Positions 39,841 to 52,318 of a stretch of 63,842 nt of DNA are shown one piece after another. Below the pieces are notes generated by a model that was not told the origin of the DNA, made no database searches, and saw only the letters and a list, made by a program, of their open reading frames with translations. Each line of letters starts with the position of its first letter. Within the stretch, counting starts at the first letter, position 1. A program made the position numbers and the translations under genes. This DNA is from Squalus acanthias. Its lineage: Eukaryota. The stretch is taken from NCBI GenBank assembly GCA_030390025.1, contig CM059432.1, positions 111,602,001-111,665,842 of the forward strand, written 5' to 3'.

Positions 39841-42050
39841 TGGGAACGGGACCAATATCCTCGCAGGAGGGTTTGCTAGTGCTGTTGGGGGGGGGTTTAA
39901 ACTAGCTTGGCAGGGGGATGGGAACCGAAGTATAGAGTCAATAGGGAGGGAAGAAAAACTGGAATTGGAAAACAAAAACATAGAAAGTAAATTGGATGGA
40001 CAGAGGAATCAAGGGCTAGATAGTAGTCAACAAGGAGGTTTGCCTGTACTAAATGGTATATACTTCAATGCAAGGAGTATAGCGAACAAGGCAGATGAGC
40101 TGAGGGCACAGGTAGATACTTGGGACTATGATATTATAGCTATTACAGAGACGTGGCTGAAAGAGGGGCAGGTATGGCAGCTCAACATTCCTGTTTGCAG
40201 GATTTTCAGACGGGATAGAGAGGGAGGTAAAAAGGGAGGGAGGGTCGCGGTATTGATTAAAGAAACTATTACAGCTGTGAGGAGGGATGATATGTTGGAG
40301 GGATCATCAAACGAGGCCATATGGGTCGAATTGAAAAACAAAAAAGGGGCGATCACACTGCTGGGAGTGTAGTACAGACCCCCAAACAGTGAGAGGGAGA
40401 TAGAAGAACAAGTATGTAGACACATTTCAGAGAAGTGCAAAAACTATAGGGCAGTAATAGTAGGGGATTTCAACTACCCCAATATTAACTGGGATAAAAT
40501 TAGTGTGAAGGGTATAGAGGGTGCGGAATTCCTAAAATGCATCCAGGAGAACTTTTTTAGCCAGTATGTAGCAAGCCCAACAAGGGATGGGGTGGTTCTG
40601 GACTTAGTTTTAGGGAATGAAGCTGGGCAGGTAGAAGGCGTATCAGTGGGGGAGCATTTTGCTGCTAGTGACCATAATTCTATTAGATTTAAGGTAGTCA
40701 TGAAAAAGGACAAGGATAGATCAGGAATAAAATTCTAAATTGGGGAAAAGCAAATTTTGCTAAGCTCAGAGGGGATTTAGCCATAGTGGACTGGAAACAG
40801 CTACTTGAAGGTAAATCAGTGTCAGAACAGTGGGAGGCATTCAAGGAGGAGATCCGGAGAGTTCAGACCAAATATGTGCCCTTAAAGAAAAAAGTGGGAT
40901 GAACAAATCTAGAGCCCCCTGGATGTCTAGGGACATACAGGGTAGGATAAAGAAAAAAAGGGAGGCGTATGACAGATACCGAGGGCTAAATACTCCAGAA
41001 TCTTTAGAGGAGTACAGAAAGTGCAGGGGTGCAATTAAAAAGGATATTAGGAAAGCAAAGAGAGAGCATGAAAAATTCTTGGCAAGTATAATCAAGGAAA
41101 ACCCAAAGATGTTTTATAAATATATTAAGAGTAAGAGGATAACTAAAGAAAGGGTAGGGCCTATTAGAGATCATGAGGGTAATCTGTGTGTTGAGGCGTG
41201 AGACATCGGTAGGGTTCTTAATGAATACTTTGCATCTGTTTTCACAAAGGAGAGGGACGAAGCAGACATTGCTATCGGGGGGGAGGAGTATGAAATATTA
41301 GATGAAATAAACATAGTGAGAGAGGAAGTATTAAGCGGTTTAGCAGCTTCAAAAGTGGATAAATCCCCAGGCCTGGATGAAATGTATCCCAGGCTGTTAA
41401 GCGAAGCAAAAGAGGCAATAACAGAGGCCCTGACCATCATTTTTCAATCCTTCCTGGCTTCAGGTGTGGTGCCGGAAGACTGGAGGACTGCTAATGTGGT
41501 ACCCTTGTTTAAAAAGGGAGAAAAAGATAGACCGAGTAATTACAGGCCAGTCCGCCTAACCTCGGTGGTGGGAAAATTATTGGAAAGAATTCTGAAGGAC
41601 AGGATAAATCTTCATTTAGAAAGACACGGATTAATCAAGGATAGTCAGCATGGATTTGTTAAGGGTAGATCGTGTCTGACAAACTTGATTGAATTTTTTG
41701 AGGAGGTAACAAGGAGGGTAGATGAGGGTAGTGCATATAGTGTATATGGACTTTAGCAAGGCTTTTGATAAGGTTCCACATGGCAGACTGGTCACGAAGT
41801 TAAAAGCCCATGGGATCCAGGGCAAAGTGTCAAGTTGGATTCAAAACTGGCTCGGAGACAGGAAGCAGAGGGTAATGGTTGATTGGTGTTTTTGTGACTG
41901 GAAGGCTGTTTCCAGTGGGGTTCCGCAGGGCTCAGTACTAGGTCCCTTGCTTTTTGTGGTATATATCAATGATCTAAACTTGAATATAGGGGGTATGATT
42001 AAGAAGTTTGCAGATGATACTAAAATAGGCTGTGTGGTTGATACTGAAGA
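39841..42050 (+). mobile_element. CR1 LINE internal fragment (end of ORF1, endonuclease, N-terminal RT), lacking its 3' end
   Basis: NGTNILAGGF (ORF1 end), YFNARSI, ITETWL, GDFN, SDH, KSPGLD, QHGF, PQGSVLGP, FADDTK; stops abruptly. Confidence 0.92.
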
Positions 42051-42882
42051 TCGAACCATTGAATCCCTTGACACCTCCTGCGGTTTAATTCCAGTTCATC
42101 CAGAATGACTCCCTCCACTACTTGTAAATCAAGCTCTTCCTCCCCAGACAAGCCACCTGAGCCAACTCACCCAGTCACTTATAGCATTCCCTGACACTCC
42201 AAGCTAGTGCCTCAAGAGCATATGATTTTTACTTCCATCCTCTCACAAAATACGTATACAGCAAAGACAGCCTGAAAGAAAGATGGAGATTAGGCCCTAT
42301 CCAATGACATGTAGGAGTCCATTGGTGAGACCCCAGATAGAATATAAACCTGTGAAATATTGAAAAAAGTAAAATCAAGCTCCAGACATATCGCCCACAC
42401 CCCCCTCCCTTATTTGATATTTAACAAATGCGTATGTGTAGCTGGAGTATGTGTGCAAGACAGTGCAGGTGACACTTTTAGATTGTGGCAGTGATGTACC
42501 TTCTAAAGCCTGATGGTGGTGTTCTCCTCTGTCATTTGCCTTGTACACCAGTGAGTTGTATTTTTCACATCTACAGTGTGTAGCGCAAATGCAGCAAATG
42601 TTATTACACTGAACCCTACAAAGCTTTGAAACAAAATGAACTTCTAATATAACAGGCTATGTAAGCTGTTATCCAAACAAGAATCATGCTAGTTAGCTCA
42701 GAGACAGCTTACTGAGGGAGATTTCACACTGCGTTACTGGTTTCACTTTCAGGGTTCATGATCAACAGTATTCATTTTTTTTAATCAAAGCAGACAAACT
42801 ATGCTTAATTTTGCTTTGCACAAGAGATAAATAATTCTGCCCTTGGTGTGTGCTACAACTGCTGTCAAGGTATTCAGACATT

Positions 42883-44004
42883 GGGCCCAAAATTGCTGGA
42901 AGGGTGTGTTAGGCGGCACATGCTGTTATTTGGACCTTTCAGCCCTCCTTCATGTCGATCTATATTTACATCGTAATTTGCTGGATTGTCGATCCATCTG
43001 TGACGTGGCGAGGTGAATGGCGAATGAGGGACCTCGTGGAAGGCACAGCCAATGACATACCAGGCAGACCAACCACATGGCGCTAAAAATAGCTGGGAAC
43101 AGACGCCACAAAGCAGATTGAGGTGTGGCACTGGGAGTTAAGTGAGCTGCAACGTCTGAAATCTACCTAAATCAACTTTAAAAAGTTAATTACAGATTTA
43201 TAAAAAAACTTCTTTAACTGCAATGTTGTATTTAATAAAAGTTCAATTGTTTGCTTAAATCTTACTTGTCCTCCTTTGTGTTGATATCACCACAGGGATC
43301 ATTCCACGGAAATACCGCTCCATACTCCCTGATGCACATCCATTCCATTGGTGGAACTTTGCTGGCAGGGGCGGCGGTGGTGGGGGCGGTGGGGGGGTGG
43401 TGGAAGTGGCGAGTCCAGGTGGGAGTAGTCATTGTCCAAATACTTGAGCCATGAGCTGACCTCTGCTCCTCCTCCAGATTGTCCATAATAATCAGGAACA
43501 GGTGAATGTCCAGTGGATCGGACATTACAATACTTTCACCTTCCTAACACATAGAAATAGGTGGGGGCCCTGAAAGTAATTGCCTTCAGACTCTAACAGC
43601 ACTCTGGATGGCAATGCTGGCAAGAATAAACTGCCAAAAAATGAGAGATTTAGGAAAAAATACTCTTCGAACAATTTCCAGATTGCTGGGATGAGGCTTC
43701 ACAGCTTTAATGATCCCTTTGTTGGTCTCCCAGACTGAGAGTCATGTGTTGGCCATAAATCACGTCATTACCAGGTCACCCATGCCAATATTTTTCAGTC
43801 TAACTGGCTGCAATGCGAATAATGGTGTAAATCCAGCAAATTGATGATCACCATTGACTACAATGTGGCAGCAAACTATGGCTCAATGCAGCTCATGACG
43901 TAACTCAATTATTCCACTATTTCCTGGAACTTTTACATATTAACAATGGCGCATGCCATTAATATGTCATTATTATGGTGCAAGTTCGCAGCAATTTCAG
44001 GCCA
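42883..44004 (-). mobile_element. Harbinger family C non-autonomous element
   Basis: TIRs GGGCCCAAAATTGCTG / CAGCAATTTCAGGCCA, ATT TSD on both sides; internal LFLIIMDNLEEEQ matches the transposase N-terminal relic LFLIMGNLEEEQ near 4830-4867. Confidence 0.72.
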
Positions 44005-44464
44005 ATTGTTATTAACTGAGACTGAAGATGCACTATAGTGACACAGAATCAAGAAAGTTTAGACTCTAGTGGAAATAATAAGCATATCACATATATATAA
44101 AGAATATCACATATAAAATAAATGTGAAAATAAGTCTTCTAAAAGCTGTGATTGTATTAGATCTTTTGTATGTTATTTAGTCCAGCTATTGCACTACTAA
44201 CACATTTGTAATATATCTAATTTTCCATTGTTACAGTTCAGATCTGTTTCTTGAATCTTCTGTTACTGCCACATTTGGGTCTCATTCCTGATGCTGCCCA
44301 GCCATGTTTTGCCATTCAGGTCTGCTCCGTACATAGTACAGCATCACATTATAGCAACACAGATAGCTATTTTTGATAGTAAGAATGTACACTTCCTGTA
44401 AGTGTCGCACTTACCTCCTATTGCATTTTAGCCATCACACTTCAGACGTCACACTTTAATAAGG

Positions 44465-45690
44465 TGTCAGCCATGGCTACCACTAAGTCAGAAGGTTGTG
44501 GGTTCAAGTCCCACTCCAGAAACTTGAACACATAAAGCTAGGCTGGCACTCCAGTGCAGTGCTGAGGGAGTGCGGCACTGTCGGAGGGGCAGTGCTGAGG
44601 GACTGCTACACTGTCGGAGGGGCAGTGCTGAGTGAGTGCTGCACTGTCGGAGGGGCAGTGCTGAGGGAGTGCTGCACTGTCGGAGGGGCAGTGCTGAGGG
44701 ACTGCTGCACTGTCGGAGGGGCAGTGCTGAGGGACTGCTGCACTGTCGGAGGGGCAGTGCTGAGGGAGTGCTGTACTGTCGGAGGGGCAGTGCTGAGGGA
44801 CTGCTACACTGTCGGAGGGGCAGTGCTGAGTGAGTGCTGCACTGTCGGAGGGGCAGTGCTGAGGGACTGCTGCACTGTCGGAGGGGCAGTGCTGAGGGAC
44901 TGCTGCACTGTCGGAGGGGCAGTGCTGAGGGACTGCTGCACTGTCGGAGGGGCAGTGCTGAGGGACTGCTGCACTGTCGGAGGGGCAGTGCTGCACTGTC
45001 GGAGGGGCAGTGCTGAGGGACTACTGCACTGTCGGAGGGGCAGTGCTGAGGGAGTGCTACACTGTCGGAGGGGCAGTGCTGAGGGACTGCTACACTGTCG
45101 GAGGGGCAGTGCTGAGTGAGTGCTGCACTGTCGGAGGGGCAGTGCTGAGGGACTGCTGCACTGTCGGAGGGGCAGTGCTGAGGGACTGCTGCACTGTCGG
45201 AAGGGCAGTGCTGAGGGACTGCTGCACTGTCGGAGGGGCAGTGCTGAGGGACTGCTGCACTGTCGGAGGGGCAGTGCTGCACTGTCGGAGGGGCAGTGCT
45301 GAGGGACTACTGCACTGTCGGAGGGGCAGTGCTGAGGGACTACTGCACTGTCGGAGGGGCAGTGCTGAGGGACTGCTGCACTGTCGGAGGGGCAGTGCTG
45401 AGGGACTACTGCACTGTCGGAGGGGCAGTGCTGAGGGACTACTGCACTGTCAGAGGGGCAGTGCTGAGTGAGTGCTGCACTGTCGGAGGGGCAGTGCTGA
45501 GGGAGTGCTGCACTGTCGGAGGGGCAGTGCTGAGGGACTACTGCACTGTCGGAGGGGCAGTGCTGAGGGAGTGCTGCACTGTCGGAGGGGCAGTACTGAG
45601 GGAGTGCTGCACTGTCGGAGGGGCAGTGCTGAGGGAGTGCTGCACTGTCGGAGGGGCCATCATTTGGATGAGACGTTAAACCGAGGCCTT
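44465..45690 (+). mobile_element. DeuSINE (SacSINE1-like) with internal minisatellite expansion
   Basis: B box GGTTCAAGTCCC, then CCAGTGCAGTGCTGAGGGAGTG...CACTGTCGGAGG; the SINE resumes after the array as CATTTGGATGAGACGTTAAACCGAGGCC. Confidence 0.78.
44556..45657 (+). repeat. 33-bp minisatellite, about 33 copies
   Basis: Unit GGAGGGGCAGTGCTGAGGGACTGCTGCACTGTC with two 22-bp short units 286 bp apart. Confidence 0.98.
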
Positions 45691-45924
45691 GACTAAGGTT
45701 GTGAAATGCCCTGTGCAATACAACTTTCTTTTCTCTCCTTTCCTCCTCTGACATGAGCAATGAGAGATCTACTAGTATATATATTTATATAATATATCTG
45801 TACTAATAGTCTTACGTATGGCAGAACTTCTAGTGAGTGTTATACTTACTTCCTTTTACCCTTTTACACTTTGTTAAAAGCACCCCTTTGTATTAAAACA
45901 CTGTATTTATTGACTCACCGAGTT

Positions 45925-47260
45925 ACATAGGATTACGTAGGATATATGGCACAGAAACAGGCCATTCGGCCCAACCAGTCCATGCTGGCGTTTATGCTCC
46001 ACTCGAGCCTCCTCCCATCCTTCCTCATCTAACTCTATCAGCATAACCCTCTATTCCCTTCTCCCTCATATGCTTGTCTAGCCTCCACTTAAATGCATCT
46101 ATACTTTTCGCTTCAACCACTCCCTGTGGTAGCGAGTTCCACATTCTCACCGCTCTTTGGGTAAAGAAGTTTCTCCTGAATTCCCTATTTGATTTCTTGG
46201 TGACTATCTTATATTGATGGCCTCTAGTTTTGCTCTTCCCCACAAGTGGAAACACTCTCTCTGTATCCACTCTATCAAAACCTTTCATAATTTTAAAGAC
46301 CTCTATTAGGTCACCCCTCAGCCTTCTCTTTTCAAGAAAAAAGAGACCCAGCCTGTTCATCCTTTCCTGATAGGTATACCCTCGCATTTCTGGTATCCTT
46401 GTAAATCTTTTTTGCACCCTCTCCAGTGCCTGTTTCCTTTTTATATTATGGTGATCAGAACTGCACGCAGTACTCCAAGTGTGGTCTAACCAAGGTTCAA
46501 TACAAGTTCAGCATAACTTCCCTACTTTTCAATTCTATCCCTCTAGAAATAAACCCTAGTGCTTGGTTTGGTTCTTTTATGGCCTTATTAACCTGTGTCG
46601 CAACTTTTAGTGATTTGTGTATTTGTAGATCCCTTTGTTACTCTACCCCATTTAGATTCTTATTTTCCAAGTAATATGTGACCTCCTATTTTTCTTACCA
46701 AAATGTAATATCTCACACTTATCTGTGTTGAAATTAATTTGCCAATTACATGCCCATTCTGCAAGTTTATTAATGTCCTCCTGTAATTTGTTGCAGTCTT
46801 CTCAGTATTGACTGTCCCCCCCAATTTGGTATCATCTGCAAATTTAGAAATTGTGTTTTTGATTCCAAAGTCTAAATTGTTAATATAAATTGTGAACAAC
46901 AGTGGTCCCAGCACTGATCCTTGTGGGACCTCACTTTCCACCTGCAGCCACTCTCAATAGCTACTTTTTACCCCTATTCTCTGCTTTCTGTCTTGCAGCC
47001 ATCTAGTTATCCAGCTACTTGTCCCCTGACTCCGCACGCTCTGACCTTATTCATTAGTCTATTATGTGGCACCTTTATGAAGGCCTTTTGGATATCTAGA
47101 TAAATCACATCTACTTCATTACCCTTGTCTATTCTCTCTGTTACCTCTTCAAATAATTCCATGAGGTTGGTCAAGCAAGACTTTCCCTTTTGAAATCCAT
47201 GCTGACTATTCATTATTATATTTTTGGTTTCTAGCTGTTTTTCTGTTTTCTCCTCTAAGG
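45925..47260 (-). mobile_element. CR1 LINE 3' fragment
   Basis: ORFs 47007-47324, 46660-46941 and 46025-46417 (SQHGF, PQGSVLGP, FADD, RLRGDLIEVFKI); 3' tail near 45925. Confidence 0.9.
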
Positions 47261-48289
47261 TTAGTCTGAGTAAGGTCACAAGATCAATTAGTTGCAATGG
47301 TACTGCACACAAAGTGTTCATCATAAGGTATAGTTACAATGCGACTTTTGCTTTGATCTTAACATTAACAATTAACCACACAGCGAGGTTCTGTGCATTT
47401 GTCCAAGCATGCATGCACAGAATGTTAATGTGATTTAGTCAATAGCATGGCTCTGTTGGCTGTGCATTGCACTCCAAATATACCAGTCTGAGCCTGGGAG
47501 CTCTAGTATATTCGTACCTTTATAGGTAATATTCTGATGCATGCTCCCAGTAGGAACCCTTGCCGACCAGCAGTGCATATTGGAAATTCGGCCACAAGCT
47601 GTGTACAATTTTTTGACCATTAATTTAAATGGCTGGAAAACATGCAGTATGCCAGTATTTGGAATACATGATGCCAGCAATCAAAAGCTCCCCATGGGAG
47701 TGCAATGTTGGAAAATGTCCTCATGGAGTCTACAGGCAGAATTTTCCCAAGACCTCGCAGGCTTTTCATGAAGTTTGTGATGCATTGCCCACGATTTTTT
47801 CTCCATTAGCGCCAATGGTTGAATCGTAGGCACTCACAGTTTTCTAGTGAACTGTTCATTTTGTGTTGTAAAGAGAGTTAGCCTATTTATTTAAGTCAGA
47901 GAATGCTAAACAAAAGAAATATATCATTGATCCTCAATATTTATTCTTTTAGTGTCATTCAGTCCAATTAAAATGCATTTCCAAGTTTTCTGTTTTTCTT
48001 TTTTATATTTGGACGGATGTATATGTGAGTCTCAAATATGACCAGATTTAAAGACTATTTTCTTCATCTTTAGTTCATCATCTTCTATTCTGGATAGCTG
48101 AATTGGCTGCTCTATAAATGCCTAAAGTGACCACAGCAACCTTTTGCCAGTGATTTAGCAAGATCTCCTTCCTAAGTTGATACTCAAATAATAATTCAAA
48201 TTTCACAGCACTGCAAAGCACAGCTCTGCTATTTGTTATTATTAAGAATTTAGGTGTTTAAAAAAAATCTTTCTGTTGACTGTAATAAA

Positions 48290-48920
48290 AAAAAATTCAT
48301 TCTTGGGATATGGATGTCACTGGCAAGACCAGCATTTATTGCCCATCCCTAATTGCCCTCGAGAAGGTGGTGGTGAGCTGCCTTCTTGAACCGCTGCAGT
48401 CCGTGTGATAAAGGTACTCCCACAGTGCTGTTGGGGAGGGAGTTCCAGGACTTTGCCCCAGCGACGATGAAGGAATGATGATATATCTCCAACCAGGATG
48501 GTGTGTTCTTGGAGGGGAACTTGGAGGTGCTGGAATTACCACACACCTGCTGCCAGGTGTTGTTTGGTAGCCCGTTTGGGAAGTGTTGCTGAAGAAGCCT
48601 TGGCGAGTTGCTGTAGTGCATCCTGTAGATAGTACACACTACAGCCACGGTATGCTGGTGATGGAGGGATTGGATGTTTAAGCTGTGCATGGGCTTCCGA
48701 TCAAGCAGACTGCTTTGTTCTAGATGGTGTCGAGCTTCTTGAGTGCTGTTACAGCTGCACCATCCAGGCAAGTGAAGAGTATTCCATCAAACTCCTGATT
48801 TTTTACTTGTAGATGCTGGAAAGGCTTTGGGGAGTCATGAGGTGAGACACTCGCCACAGAATACCCAGCCTTTTCCCTGCTCGAGTAACCTCGGCATTTA
48901 TGTGGCTGGTTCAGTTGAGT
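48290..48920 (-). mobile_element. Family 1 LINE 3' fragment, degenerate
   Basis: ORFs 48349-48771 and 48336-48542 match the family 1 C-terminus and tail. Confidence 0.85.
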
Positions 48921-49096
48921 TCCAGCCAAAGGTGCATGTCTGTGATAGGAGTCATATAAGATGGCTTCGATCTTACCAATGCTTTTTGGAAGAAATTGAG
49001 GCTCATCCAAGACTGGATGTCAGTCAATCAATCTGAAAATATACAGGCAGTGGAGGAGTTGAGACAGGTGGTGGAGAGGTATCATAGGATCATCGA

Positions 49097-51830
49097 ATAA
49101 CAACAACAACTTGTATTTTTATAGCATCTTTAACATAATAAAATGTCTCAAGGCGCTTCACTGGAGTGTTATAAAACAAAATTTGACACCGAGACACATA
49201 AGGAGAAAAGATGACCAATAGCTTGGTCAAAGAGGTAGGTTTTAAGGAGTGTTTTAAAGGAGGAAAGAGAGGTAGAGAGGCGAAGACGTTTAGGGAGGGA
49301 ATTCCAGAGCTTAGGACCCAGGCAACTGAAGGCATGACCACCAATGGTGGAGTGATTAAAATTGGGGATGCTCAAGAGGGCAGAATTTGAGGAGCGCAGA
49401 TATCTCTGTGGGTTGTGGGGCTGGAGGAGATTACAGAGATAGGGAGGGGACGAAGCCATGGAGGGATTTGAAAACAAGGATGAGAATTTTAAAATCGAGG
49501 CATTGCTTAACCAGGAGCCATTGTAGGTCAGCAAGCACAGGGGTGGTGGGTGAACGGGACTTGGTGCGATTTAGGACCTGGGCAGCCGAGTTTTGGATGA
49601 CCTCAAGTTTACAGCACATAAGGAGGGCATTCAGCCCATCATGCCTGTGCTGGCTCTCTGAAACATCGACCAATGAGTCCCACTCCCCTGCTCTTTCCCC
49701 ATAGCCCTGCAAATGTTTCCTTTTCAAGTATTTATCTAATTCCCTTTTGAAAGTTACTATTGGATCTGCTTCCACCGCCCTTTCAGGCAGTGCATTCCAG
49801 ATTATAACAACTCGGTGCATAAAATAAATTCCCCTCATCTCCCCCCTGGCTTTTTTGCCAATTATCTTAAATCTGTGTCCTTTGGTTACAGACCCTTCTG
49901 CCAGTGGAAACAGTTTCTCCCTATTTACTCCATCAAAATACCTCTATTAAATCTCCTCTTAGCCTTCTTTGCTCTAAGGAGAACAATCCCAGCTTCTCTA
50001 GTCTCTCCAAATAGCTCAATGCTACCCTCATTCCCAGTACCATTCTGGCAAATCTCCACTGCTCCAAGGCCTTGAAATTATTTCTAAAGTGTGGTGCCCA
50101 GAATTGAGCGCAATACAGTAACTGAGGTCTAACCAGTGATTTATAAAGGTTTACCATAACTTCCTTGCTGGGTGTCGTCAGCATACATGTGGGAATTGAC
50201 TCATGCCTACAGAGGATGTCAGTGAGGGGCAGCATGTAGGTGAGGAAGACGAGCGAGTCAAGGATGGATCCTTGGGGGACTCCGAGGTCATGCTGCAGGA
50301 CGGAGAGAGAAACCATTTCTGGAGATTCTCTGGCTATGACTGAGTAGATATGAATGGAACAAGCAAGTGCAGCTGGATAACAGAGAATTGTTGGAGGTGG
50401 GTGGTCTAGCTGACCATAGACTGCAGAGAGGTCAGGAAGGATGAAGAGGGATGGTCACACTCACAAAGGATGTCATTTGTGACTCTGATAAGGGCTGTTT
50501 CGGTGCTGTGGCAGGGTCGGAAATTTGATTGGAGAGATTCAAACAGATAAGCGGAAAAGAGGCACTGATTTGGGAGGCAACAGCAGGTTCAATAACTTTG
50601 GAGAGGAAAGAAAGATTGGAAATGGGATGGTAGTTTGAAAGAACAGAGGAGTTGAGGGTAGGTTTTTTGAAGAGAGGAATGATTGTGGTGGTTTTAAAAG
50701 GGACAGTTTTTGAGAAGAGGGAACCATTTACAGTGCCAGCTAATACAGGGGCCACTAAGGGAAGTTGGATGGTCAACAGCTTAGTGGGAATAGGGTCAAG
50801 GAAGCAGGAGTTTGGTCTCATGGACAAGATGAGCTCAGAGACGGCATGACGGACATGGGAGAGAAACTAGCGATGCGGTTTAGATCTAGGACAGCCATGG
50901 GGGAAGATTTGGTTTGTTGGGAAAGGGGAAGTGGCAGAGGCAGCTGAACCTTAATGACAAAGATGTCATGAGCTCCTCGCATTTGTTTTTGAAGGTGTGA
51001 GCGGAGGGGGTGGGAAGAGAGGTACAAGGAGATGATTGGCATTGGAGAAAGAAGCTGAGGGTTATCTTTGCTCACCAGAATGATCCTGGAGTAGTGGGCA
51101 GTATTGTCAGAGGAGAGTGAGGCCTGATAGAGCTTAATGTGGTCCACCCACATCTGCTGATGGATAACTAAACCAGTTAAGCACCAGATACACTCAAGTT
51201 TGCATCCCTTAGACTTGAAGGAGCTAAGATAGGGGCCATACCAGGGGGAACAACAATAATTTGCATTGTTGCATAGCGCCTTTAGTGTAGGAAAACACCT
51301 AAGGCACTTCAGCAACCCGGATGGGAGATAATAAAGATTTTGCTGGGGACAATGGCATCAAAGATGGAGGTGAAGGAATGGTTGAGCAACGTGACACTTG
51401 CAGCGCTACGATGGTGAAATGCTAGGTAGTTGGGAGTTTGAAATTGAAGTTGTAAATGATTTAGGGCAGAGTTTGTTTCCAAGCATGGATTCAGAAGGAA
51501 GTGGGATTGAAAGAAGTTAGGAGGATGTGTGTGATAAGGGATATCAGGAAATGGTCAGAGATGGGCTTGTCTGTGACTGAGATTATGGAACTGGAGAGGC
51601 CATGGGAGATGGCGAGGTCAAGGGGATGGAGTGAATATGGGTAGGAGTGTTTATATGGAGGACATAGTCAATTCAGAGGAGGGAGGGCAAGGTGAACTGA
51701 GATGGAGACTGAAATCATTTAGAATGAGGAGTTGCTCAGTGCAGAGGTTAAGGGAGGATATCTCAGTGAGAAACTCAGGGTTGGGGCTTGAGGGTGAAGG
51801 AAGAGTGGCAGAACGAACTTGAGGTTGTGT
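49097..51830 (-). mobile_element. Degenerate L2 LINE with a nested CR1 fragment (about 49612-50165)
   Basis: LDPIPTKLL, KKPTL..NYHPISNLSFLSKVIE, GVPQGSIL, GGHAFSCLGPKLWNSLP...FKTLLKTYLF, (GTT)n tail; CR1 motif RLRGDLIEVF in the insert. Confidence 0.82.
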
Positions 51831-52318
51831 TTGGAGGGGCAGAGAGTGCTTCTCTGAACTTGGTGGGATGGAGCGGAAGAGAGTGCCTCTGTGAACTAAA
51901 GAGTTTGACAGGGTCTTCTAGTACAAAGAATATCTGCTGCTAACGGGTCCTAGAGTCATAGGGGGAAAAATTAGGTCGCGCCCCGTTTGGGGCGCAAATA
52001 TCGTCTGGACGCAAAAATTAGCGCCTGGCGCTAATTATCGCCACTGACTGGAAACTTCACTTTTACCGCCCCGGGAGGTGAGTGGAGCGCTAAATCAGGC
52101 GCTGCACACCTGTCTTAAGGCGCAAAGGCCGAGCAGTGAGGTGCTAACTCAGCGCGCGAGCGCAGCGCAGGTGCTGCCAGTTAGCGAGGGAACACAGACA
52201 CACTGGCGCCGGCCAGTTCTTAAAGCGGGGGGGTCAACTTGCTCCCCAGCCACACCCTGCTCATTGCAGCCTTGAATCTCGGCCTGGAGAGACCTGTGAA
52301 TCCATTTTGCTGCCAAGG

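Noticed and set aside
44488..45760. Repetitive QHCPSDSAAVP / LRQCSSPSALP ORFs
   Set aside because: Open frames arise from the 33-bp minisatellite on both strands; no coding evidence
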